Source: Paramicrosporidium saccamoebae KSL3
Taxonomy: Eukaryota > Fungi > Cryptomycota
Direction: 5' to 3'
Assembly: GCA_002794465.1 (NCBI GenBank)
Contig: MTSL01000020.1
Coordinates: 1 to 24,896 of the forward strand
DNA length: 24,896 nt
Below are positions 16,273-24,896 of the stretch, in pieces. Under the pieces are notes generated by a model that was not told the DNA's origin, did no database searches, and saw nothing but the letters and a program-made list of their open reading frames with translations. Every line of letters starts with the position of its first letter. The first letter of the stretch is position 1. The translations under genes were made by a program, and so were the position numbers.

Positions 16273-17544
16273 ATGCATTATTCGTGGCTTATACTCTCGT
16301 TAGAGATTTGGTATCGGGTCGTCCTCTGTTCTACTGTCGCAAGGCGACAATTGTATGAGCGCTTTAGCAATTGGAGGCTTGATGCCATCGATGAAGCTTT
16401 CTCGTCCGCTGGCCGGGCGACGACAACTCCAGTGTACGGCAGAATTGACGAATTTAAAGAATGGGGGAGTACCCCTCTGTCCGAATTGCAACCAAGTGGC
16501 TACTTTACAGACAGAATCGACCCGTTTACCGTTGTAGAGGAGAGTATGCATTGGATGCTATTGATCAACACTACAAGACCAAAGCAGCCTGCAGAGTCTC
16601 TACCTTTTGATATAAACGCCCATATAGCGAGGATATCGGATTCAAATGGTTCCAAGGACGATGATTCCTCCACGGCTTCCCAGTCTTTCTCTCAAATGTC
16701 AACTTCCTCGGGCGACTCGAGCCTTAAATCTGTTGAAGACGAGGCTTCTGTTACCGAAGATATCGCTTTGGCGGCTGGGACTGCTGATAAGGCATCTGAC
16801 CCTGTCTCCAACTCATGTCAACTTACTTTGTCAGAGCATGCCAGTAAGCCTCAAGAAGACAAAGTGAAAATTATCCGAAATAAGATTGTGCCATCTGACC
16901 CGGCACGAGCATTGTGGTTTGTACAGTGCAAGACACCGACATGCTCAACCGCAGCTCTCACCCAAGAGTCCTCTAGGGTCCGTTTCAGTTGGACCAGCAT
17001 TTGCAGCCCCTTCGTGATCAAACAGACTGTTTATGCTCTCACGAGTATGAACCGCAAGATGGGATGCCGTATCAGTTCGGATCGAATCTTTATACTTGAT
17101 GGATATGGTTCTGGTTACAGCAGGCAAGCCTCCGTCCATAAAACCTGGAGACATTTTCCAATTGATGAGACCACCTTGGTCACGGCACAATTTAAAGATC
17201 TATTTCCTCTGCAATCGGACGGATTGGTGGTAATCCTTGATCAAAACCGTCGTGTTCTCATTAAATCATTTGGACGTCCTCCTGTGGGTGCCGTGCTTTT
17301 TCGTAAATTTCAAGAAGAATTTCTGCCAATAGCCACATCAGTCGATAATAGTTTAGTTACCCGCACCGTTATGAGTGGTGACATTGTGCTGGTGACACAC
17401 ATTGCTGTACTTAATCACACCATACCCGGAGGATTTGAAGCAATGTCTCCTGTGATAACTGCCAAGTTGGCAGAAATAATGGCAAGTTCTTCAGGGTACG
17501 CTACTGAATTTTGTGTCGTCGCCGAGGTGGCAATAGACGGTTAA
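16273..17544 (+). CDS. Orphan protein with a degenerate C-terminal PP2C/PPM (PTC7-like) fold; 5' end uncertain
   Basis: 423-aa ORF; FILDGYGSG, QSDGLVVIL, SGDIVLVTH, TEFCVVAEV fall in the order of PPM motifs. The ATG lies within GTATGC (a possible splice donor at 16271). Confidence 0.6.
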   Translation: MHYSWLILSLEIWYRVVLCSTVARRQLYERFSNWRLDAIDEAFSSAGRATTTPVYGRIDEFKEWGSTPLSELQPSGYFTDRIDPFTVVEESMHWMLLINTTRPKQPAESLPFDINAHIARISDSNGSKDDDSSTASQSFSQMSTSSGDSSLKSVEDEASVTEDIALAAGTADKASDPVSNSCQLTLSEHASKPQEDKVKIIRNKIVPSDPARALWFVQCKTPTCSTAALTQESSRVRFSWTSICSPFVIKQTVYALTSMNRKMGCRISSDRIFILDGYGSGYSRQASVHKTWRHFPIDETTLVTAQFKDLFPLQSDGLVVILDQNRRVLIKSFGRPPVGAVLFRKFQEEFLPIATSVDNSLVTRTVMSGDIVLVTHIAVLNHTIPGGFEAMSPVITAKLAEIMASSSGYATEFCVVAEVAIDG

Positions 17545-18052
17545 AAGATTGTACCCAGTGGTGACAGCAGATCAAGTATTCGTGATTTAGAGACTCATTA
17601 TTGTGCAAAAATAACCCAAATGTGTAAAGCAATTGCTTGTTTCTTTATCGAGGATCGATACAAGGTAGGGAAGACACTCTATGAGATGAACACGACGAGT
17701 GCGATGGACACAAGGGACACTACCGCCCCCTCCATTGTTTAAATCATCGATAATGTCGTATCGGAGAATCTAGATAAAAACTTGCCAATTTATAATTAAA
17801 GAGGCCCCTCCGGTCAGATACCACTGTATTGAGCTCTCTCCTTTATGCACCAAGATCATAATCTTGGTCGAGTACACTTGAAATGTTACCAGCTCCGTGA
17901 ATTGACAAGCCATGCTATTAAGAGACTAGTAGTAGATGTTCTTAATTGAGAGTATTTGATGAGCGGATAGACATTCTCACAGGCCCTTTATCGAGACTAT
18001 TTAATCCACAAATGTGTTCTCTCACACCTCTCACGTATTTACAAAAAGCTCT

Positions 18053-21000
18053 TTACTTGGAAATACCAAACGACTCTAGTCGAAACCTTAGCAGCATCTG
18101 GTTCGTGGTCATTACAAATTCCTTTGCCTCCTCAAATGCATGGTGATTTCGATCCATCAACAGACAAAACTCCAACGCTACAGAAAGCTGCGTTTCCACC
18201 ATCCTTTCTCCAATATTGTACAGCTCGGTATTGGAGCCCTTATTACGCAGATCAAGACTTTGAGAAATGCTAGACCATTGTCGAAGGACTGTGGAGGCCA
18301 CTTCGTTCCAGCTCTTGCTAATTCTCTTCCTAGCTGCGTTGGGGAGGCGCATTTCTACGCATCGCTGAAGGGCCACTGTAGAAATTTTAAAATAACGCTG
18401 TGCAAGCTCACGAAGCGCGTCAGAACTCTCATAAAGACATGTGAGCTGCTCCCCCTTCTTTAGTCCCCGATCATAAAACTCGAATAAAATGCCCACGAGT
18501 AGAGAAAGAGAGCCAGTCTCTTGCCGAGTAAGAACAAGTTCTTCTAGATTTGCTCCAATTCCAGCATTTACCATCATTTGGCGAAGGGGGAGGTTCCCGT
18601 TGAATGCCAAGGCGAACTCATATAGTCGGAGAATGAGTCCGAGGAATGAATTGACTGAATCAAAAGAAATCGATGACGCAGGTGAGAGGATAGAGTCTTC
18701 CGCCTTGGTAGTAATTTCTTTGAAGAGATCAAGCAGCATCAGCTGGGCAGTGCATTGTTTTGCCAATATTTGCAAATTGGTCAATTCACGACGTACGGGC
18801 CTGTACCGCTCAGGAAAGGTTACAGATGTAGCCGACATGCTTACATCGAATTGGATGGCCTGTTCTGCATTGTCGGTAGGGTTTTCTTCTTCAGCCAAGG
18901 CCGTAATTTCAAATAAATCACCAGGACTGTACGACTCGTAAACTCGTTGAAGAGTCTCTATCATGAGAGACCAGTGGCGAGCCGTGAAGCATTTTTCATG
19001 ATTAGGAATAATCAGTTCCTTGATGAGCTGCAGCCCCAGATCAGTGACACCGCCAAGATCCAGCCTAAGCGCCATTCCTTCCACTAGCTTGAGAACATCT
19101 AAGAGGCGTAAGATACATCAGATTTGAATTACTTTCGAAAATATCAGGGATGCCGGCAGTGATCAGCTTTGTGTTATGAACAGAGACGAGTTCAACAGCC
19201 CACTCCATCAAACGAATGAACATTTCCTCGTCCGCACCAGGGGCACTTAGCTCTTCTAGAAGAGGGAAAATGATACTCCTCCAAATTACCCTCCAGGCTC
19301 CCTCTTGATAACAGGTCCCTTGCTCCTTGAGCAGCTTAAAAAGGTTTTGCATTGACATTTTCGCGCTCTCCTTAAAGTGCTGTTCAGCTGCAATACGACT
19401 CAACCCAGACAGGACATGATACCATTTGAGGAAAAACTCTTCATCATTGACAACAAAGACAGTCTGTTCAGATCGATGCTGTGAGAATAACAAGTCACCA
19501 ATCAGCACAAAAGTCTCAATAGCATCTCTGCTCATTGTGGCATCAGATTGCAAGCCAAACCTTTCCAGAGCACGAAGGAACCCAAACATGACATCATCAC
19601 TCAGGGAGAGAATCAGTGGCATGTGCTCACGTGCGACTCGTTGCAAGATCCCAAACCCAGTGGTTGATAAGAGAGAGTCATCCACGCCCTTGGCGAGAAC
19701 GGCAAATAGGGGCTCAGCGACGTGATTCTCCTTATCGTACGAGTACTTTAGCACACGCTCGAGTTGAGAGGAGGGGAGTTGATAAACTCGGTTAGCGTAG
19801 TGAGAAATGAAATTGCGTCCCAAATTCTTGGAATTGAACAGCGCTACGAGGAAAGACAACAGACCTCTGCCGTCAAGACTTGACAAGTTCAACTCGCGAA
19901 TGTTGTGGTTAGCATCGACAATGCTAGCGAGATCCCACGTAGAGAGACAGCTTAGCGTGACGACCCAGCTGCTTCCAAGTTCAGATCCATGCTCATCAAA
20001 AATGTCGTACAGCCAGGATAAAGTGCCTTCTCCTTTAAGATCCGAGTCATAGTCGGGCCGGAACGCACTTGTGGCTAGCAGTCTTTCCAGTGCACAATAT
20101 CGTTCTTTTTCCATTCCAAGCCGGCAGGTCATCTGGACGACGTCGGAGAAGCACTCCAAAAGAGAACAAATAAATTCAAAATGCGTAGTAAATTGACTGT
20201 TGTGTGCGCCAAATTCTAGCCGTGATGGCCAGAGGTCAAACTTGTCAATGCACATGGACGCTGTGCGAGCCCACAAGTCCACCACAGCTGTGAGCAGTGC
20301 ACCAACAAAGTCGCCATCTTTGCATTGTATAAATTCTGAGATGGGACGAGATCCCAGTGGGAGGGGATGCTCGACAGTCTGGGAGTATAACTGAATTTCG
20401 GCAATAGATATTTCACCAAATATTCCGTTCAAGACATCTTCTGACAAATCTTTGTCCTTGTCAATAGCTCCCATCGTGTTCTTTATGAAACTTTCACGAC
20501 TCATCTTTTCACGTACATTCATGGAGTACATGTCGGTATTGAGCATTAGCGTCGAATATGAAATCTGGAAAAGCATTTCCGCATCCGGAAATACATCTGG
20601 AGCAGTTTCGTGCAATTTGCGACTAAAGTTTTCAAGAAAGCGCTCAATAACCTGTGACTCGCCAGGAATTCGGAAACTCTCCAAAAACAATCGCAGAGCT
20701 GACACAAATGATAGTTCATGAAAATCAAATGTGTCAGTATACTTTTGGAGAAGCTCAGCACTAGTGGACAAGCCAAGAAACTCTCCAATGGATCTTTTGC
20801 TAATCCCACGAGTGAAGCGTAGCCATTTGGCTTGGCTCTCCAAATTGTGCTCATCTGCAAAACCGGACTTGATTGCCAGATCGAGTCCGAGCCGAGGCTT
20901 TGAATTGAACAGTTGAACGCAGTTTTTTAATGCACGCTTCTTGGCCGTATTTTGATTGTAGTTGGAGAGGCTTTCAGCCCGGGCCTTCCCGGGAGAGCTT

Positions 21001-22301
21001 TGATGCCATGTCGTGGTCGACTTCATAAAGGTTATCAGCGCATCTACACAGGACAATTTGACTGCCAAATCTTTATCGGTAAAAGCAGTACCGGGTATTC
21101 GGCTTCCTTCCGCGCGATGCCAGTCCACTTCAGTTAATATATTGATCAGCTCCAAGCATGAGTCAATGACTGAGAGCGTGTGAATCTCTGAATCGTAATT
21201 GACAAAACAAGAGAAGAGTGTCGCAGGATTTCCAAAAATTTGCGTATTGATAAACTTGACAGTTTGAAGTTTGTTTCTAAACGGCCGAAGATGGCTTTTA
21301 ATAATAGGCCCCTTTGTTATTGCACCTCCCTCATCGTTGACACCCGATGGGGATCCAATATAATCGGAGAGTATAATTTCAATTGCCTCTCGGTTCCTTG
21401 CAAAGTGGTCTCGGATTACAATCTCTAGGATAGAAAGACACTTTTCGTAAACCGCCTCATCGGCAAGGTTGAGTGGCCCAATTAGGGTAGGCAACAAGTC
21501 TGTGCCTATAAACACGGCCACCTCACCCGTCTTAAATAGTGTCTCGTGCGATTTTAAAACGGACAGAATGAGATCTAGGCACATTACAGTGAGAGACGCT
21601 GGACAGCGGGGGTTTCTAATTACTGAACAGAGCCACTTGAATATAACCTCTAGGACTATTAAGCACACAGACCCAGTAATACCTTGATCGATGGACGATG
21701 TACTTCCACCCGGCGGGACATCCATTCTCTCATTAACAAGCTGTGTGATTGCTGCTCGGGCAGCATTTTGATTCACCGATTGTTTGGAATGCAAAAAGAC
21801 CTCGGTGAGCTTGTTAAGGGCAATGCTTAATAAATCACCAGAGATGGCACGGTTGGGATTGGTGCTGGCAGTCAATAGTAGTTGGATCAATTTTAACTCT
21901 GCCCCAGAAGTGGCGCTGTTTGCATTAAAGTCACTGGACAACGTCTTCATTGTCTCGGGAACAATGTCGAATGTTCCAATTATAGTAACTTGTCCCTCTT
22001 CATTAGATTGTGTAATGTCGATAGTGTCGCCCGCCCCTATCAAACCGCGCATAAACATTCTGTGCAGAATCCCCAAAAGTACTTCATCTACCTTAAATGT
22101 CCATTGCAGCTTGGCCAGTGGTGGGATGCTGGTGGGTCGGAGTAGCGCCAACCAAAGGCGGGCTGCAATTCTGTTGTTGTCAGCGTCCGCCTCTCCAGAC
22201 AGGGCTGATAGCTTCTGAAAATATTCTAGGTATGGCGCATGCCTCTCGGGGACGCGACGAGAGCAATCCTCGATGAGGGCCCTAATGCCTTCCTTGGACA
22301 T
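18053..22301 (-). CDS. SEC7: Sec7/BIG-family ARF guanine-nucleotide exchange factor, join(complement 19133..22301, 18053..19098), 1404 aa
   Basis: DCB/HUS regions (FVNYDSE), Sec7 domain FNSKPRLG...IGEFLG...FRIPGESQVIERFLENF...YSTLMLNTD, HDS domains (WYHVLSGL, WRVIWRSIIFPL, WSLMIETL). A 34-nt intron joins the two track ORFs. Confidence 0.92.
19099..19132 (-). other. Spliceosomal intron, 34 nt
   Basis: GTAATT...TCTGAT...TAG on the minus strand; restores IFEN|VLKLVEGMALR. Confidence 0.9.
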
Positions 22302-22339
22302 GTCTCGAAAAGTTTAAAGTCATTTCGAGTGAATACATC

Positions 22340-22345
22340 TATAAA
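22340..22345 (+). promoter_or_regulatory. TATA box candidate
   Basis: TATAAA 85 nt upstream of ATG 22431, within the SEC7 divergent spacer. Confidence 0.4.
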
Positions 22346-22430
22346 TAACCATGTGCTTAGTTATTGTGGCTACAGTATACTGATAGATGCTAAAAGTACA
22401 TAAACAGTGTGCGAGTATCTGCGCTGTTCA

Positions 22431-22766
22431 ATGAAACTTGACATAACGTTGCTAGCCATATTTGCAATTGCAATTGCAAATGCAAACAAGTTGTCATCCA
22501 AGAAAAACCGCCCGAGTAATGGCGAAAGGATGGTGAGCAGAGACCCGCAGGAAGAGCTCTTTTTGGTAGTGGACCCAGAATGGACTACATCCTCTACTGG
22601 ATCCACAATCACTGACCAAATCCGAAGTCTAAGGGCTAAGAGGTATGCAAAACAAGCAGTTATAGAACGCAAATCTCGTCGTCCAACTGGCCAATCTCAC
22701 CACTATAGCGGCAAATCCCATCCTTATAGTGGCAAATCTGAAAGATTGCGCAAGAAAAGGCGATAG
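22431..22766 (+). CDS. Small secreted basic orphan protein, 111 aa
   Basis: Signal-peptide-like MKLDITLLAIFAIAIANA; duplicated H(H/P)YSGKS; C-terminal RLRKKRR. Confidence 0.7.
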   Translation: MKLDITLLAIFAIAIANANKLSSKKNRPSNGERMVSRDPQEELFLVVDPEWTTSSTGSTITDQIRSLRAKRYAKQAVIERKSRRPTGQSHHYSGKSHPYSGKSERLRKKRR

Positions 22767-23060
22767 GCATAGCACTGAACCCCACCGCTATCAATATGAT
22801 ATTCAACTTTACCACTACCAATATGGCATTTAATCCCACCACCACCACTAACACGACACTCGATCTCACTACCATCGGCTCACCACTGCCAAAGTCGCGG
22901 CTATTCCTTACAGTATTCATCAAGTGAATAAATCTATAACCTACCACTGCCGTAATAGGCAAAAAAATACGTATATTTTCGCTCATCACCAAATCCAAAC
23001 ATTTGTACCCATCACCAGAGGCAAGTTCAATGTCATGTTGGTACCATTAAATGTCGCTAT

Positions 23061-23066
23061 CCCTGG
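23061..23066. promoter_or_regulatory. CCCTGG(TCAA) motif upstream of importin alpha
   Basis: Identical 10-mer CCCTGGTCAA also at 15081-15090 upstream of RPS14. Confidence 0.4.
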
Positions 23067-23118
23067 TCAATCGTTTAGCTTCCGACTATCCTCCTCTACA
23101 CGCCATTCTTCGCAGGAC

Positions 23119-24777
23119 ATGACTGGAAAAAAGTCTGGCAACACAGAGGGTCGACGCAGTGCCTTTAAATTTAATGCCATGACCACAGACGAACTTCGCC
23201 GCCGTCGTGAAGAGACGCAAGTCGAGATCCGCAAGGCGAAGCGCGAGGACTCTCTCAACAAGCGTCGTAATATTGTGGACACTATTCCAGCGGCAGAGAG
23301 CATGTCCGAGTTGAAAGACTCGGTTCCAAGGGCAAAGGATTTGACAGCGGCAGAGTTGGCACAAGTGCTACCGAATGCAGTGCAAGGCATTTACTCAGAG
23401 GACATTTCAGTGCAGTACAAGAGTGCAGTAGAGTTCCGTAAGGCGTTGGCAGTTGAGCGTAATGCGCCCATACAGCTTGTTGTTAATAGCGGCGTGGTGC
23501 CGCGTTTTGTGGAAATTTTAGCCGGCCATACGGGAAACGCCACCAACGACGAGGAGCGCAAGACCATGGAGGATTTGCAGTTTGAGGCCGCTTGGGTCCT
23601 TACCAATATTGCCTCTGGTGAGCCTGAACATACCATGGCTGTGGTGCAGGCTAATGCTGTCCCCGTGTTTATTGCTCTAATGCGTCATCACAATGGAGAT
23701 ATTCGTGAGCAATGTATTTGGGCTCTTGGAAACATTGCCGGCGACGGACCGAAGCTTAGAGATTACGTACTTCAAGAGGACATGATGTCTCCACTCTTAG
23801 AAAATGTCGCCTTTGCCCTCGAGAACGGTGCTCAGCCAATTTCGGTGGTAAGGAACGGCGCTTGGGCTATTTCCAATCTGTGTCGAGGAACTCCTGCCCC
23901 ATCGTGGAACCAAGTGGTTGTAGCTCTGCCCATTGTCTTCCGCCTGCTTCAGGTTCAAGATAATGATACGTTGGTAGATTGCTGCTGGGCCCTTGCCTAC
24001 ATGTCGACTGAAAATGATGTAATTGGAGAAATTGTTCAGGCCGGAATCGTCACTCATCTTGTACCTCTACTTGGCAATCCGGGAGTCTCCGTCCAGGTCC
24101 CTGCGCTGCGGGCCGTTGGAAACATTGTCACTGGTGCTGACACACAGACGCAAGCAGTAGTTGATGCTGGTGCTTTGCCGCTGCTCCGCAACTTGCTGAA
24201 CCATTCAAAGACTTCCATTGTTAAGGAGGCTTGTTGGGCAATCTCTAACATTACGGCAGGCACTCCTGAGCAGATTCAATCCGTCCTGGACGCCAACATT
24301 GTTCCCAAATTGGTTCATCTCTTGTCCTTTGCAGATTTCAAGATTAAAAAAGAATCATGCTGGGCACTTTGCAATGCTACCTCTGCCCATGAGACGCATC
24401 CCCACCAGGTGAAATATCTCGTATCTCAGGCAGTCATTAAGCCCCTGTGTGATCTTCTTGACGGATGTCAAGACAGTCGCGTGATCCTAGTCGCCCTCGA
24501 TGGAATCTCTAATATTCTCAGCGTGGGCGAGCAAGAGGCGCTTCTCTCGCCCGACAATACCAATCCGTACGCCCAGTTTGTTGAAGAAGTCCGTGGTCTC
24601 GACATAATTTGCAGCCTACAAGATCACCCGGAAACGGACATTTACCTCAAATCCAAACAGATTATCGACAAGCACTACGAGGGCGAGGATGACGAAGATA
24701 ACCTGATCGAGGCAGAGAATTCATTCCAGTTTAATCCTTCGGCCGCTGTGCCACAGGGAGGCTTCAAGTTTACTTAA
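23119..24777 (+). CDS. SRP1: Importin subunit alpha (karyopherin alpha), 552 aa
   Basis: IBB domain ELRRRREETQVEIRKAKREDSLNKRR; ARM repeats (FEAAWVLTNIASG, WALGNIAGD, WAISNLCRG, KEACWAISNITAG); acidic C-terminus. A 2-codon upstream exon (23035-23040, intron 23041-23115) is possible but unproven. Confidence 0.96.
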   Translation: MTGKKSGNTEGRRSAFKFNAMTTDELRRRREETQVEIRKAKREDSLNKRRNIVDTIPAAESMSELKDSVPRAKDLTAAELAQVLPNAVQGIYSEDISVQYKSAVEFRKALAVERNAPIQLVVNSGVVPRFVEILAGHTGNATNDEERKTMEDLQFEAAWVLTNIASGEPEHTMAVVQANAVPVFIALMRHHNGDIREQCIWALGNIAGDGPKLRDYVLQEDMMSPLLENVAFALENGAQPISVVRNGAWAISNLCRGTPAPSWNQVVVALPIVFRLLQVQDNDTLVDCCWALAYMSTENDVIGEIVQAGIVTHLVPLLGNPGVSVQVPALRAVGNIVTGADTQTQAVVDAGALPLLRNLLNHSKTSIVKEACWAISNITAGTPEQIQSVLDANIVPKLVHLLSFADFKIKKESCWALCNATSAHETHPHQVKYLVSQAVIKPLCDLLDGCQDSRVILVALDGISNILSVGEQEALLSPDNTNPYAQFVEEVRGLDIICSLQDHPETDIYLKSKQIIDKHYEGEDDEDNLIEAENSFQFNPSAAVPQGGFKFT

Positions 24778-24896
24778 TTCCATATTCCAAATAAACCAAA
24801 ACTTACATCAAGCTAATTGCGGTTGTTTATCTAATGGGCCATATTATATCGTTATTTACGAAGAGGAGCTTTTGGAGGACGTGCTAGACGACTTGC

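Noticed and set aside
17569-17577. U2 snRNA-like AGATCAAGT
   Set aside because: The GTAGTA branch-pairing sequence does not follow; the match is too short.
17545-17950. Stop-codon reassignment suggested by coding-like text between stops
   Set aside because: TAA, TAG and TGA all terminate conserved genes in this window at the expected positions.
19065-19132. Programmed frameshift or split SEC7
   Set aside because: Fully explained by a 34-nt canonical intron.
22660-22998. 112-aa Val-rich minus-strand ORF
   Set aside because: TTG start; its Val richness mirrors (ACC/CAC)n on the plus strand; overlaps the secreted gene.

Overview
Gene-dense eukaryotic DNA, with about 19 protein genes in 24.9 kb, eight tiny GT-AG spliceosomal introns of 30-39 nt, and intergenic gaps as short as 16-52 bp. 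The architecture and fungal-like proteins suggest a compact early-diverging fungal or Rozellomycota/short-branch microsporidian genome, e.g. Paramicrosporidium-like (inference only). Housekeeping genes: PRP6, an FYV7/TAP26-like rRNA-processing factor, a 3-exon Ste20/PAK kinase, a PhnP-like MBL hydrolase, 3-exon PEX12, a minimal PYM, IWS1, TFG2 (TFIIF beta), RPS14, SEC7/BIG ARF-GEF and importin alpha. Several of these are only complete after splicing ORF-track fragments together. Accessory content: a co-oriented cluster of three signal-peptide, strongly basic, repeat-containing orphan proteins (8792-11547: a (KKPC)7 Cys/Lys protein, a protamine/SR-like Arg/Ser protein and a basic type-I membrane protein). 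There are also two further secreted basic orphans (<1-187, 22431-22766), a large orphan membrane protein, a DUF4359-like small protein and a degenerate PP2C-like protein. A CCCTGG/CCAGGG motif recurs next to housekeeping start codons, whereas most secreted orphans have TATA boxes. No rRNA, tRNA, CRISPR or mobile element could be supported.
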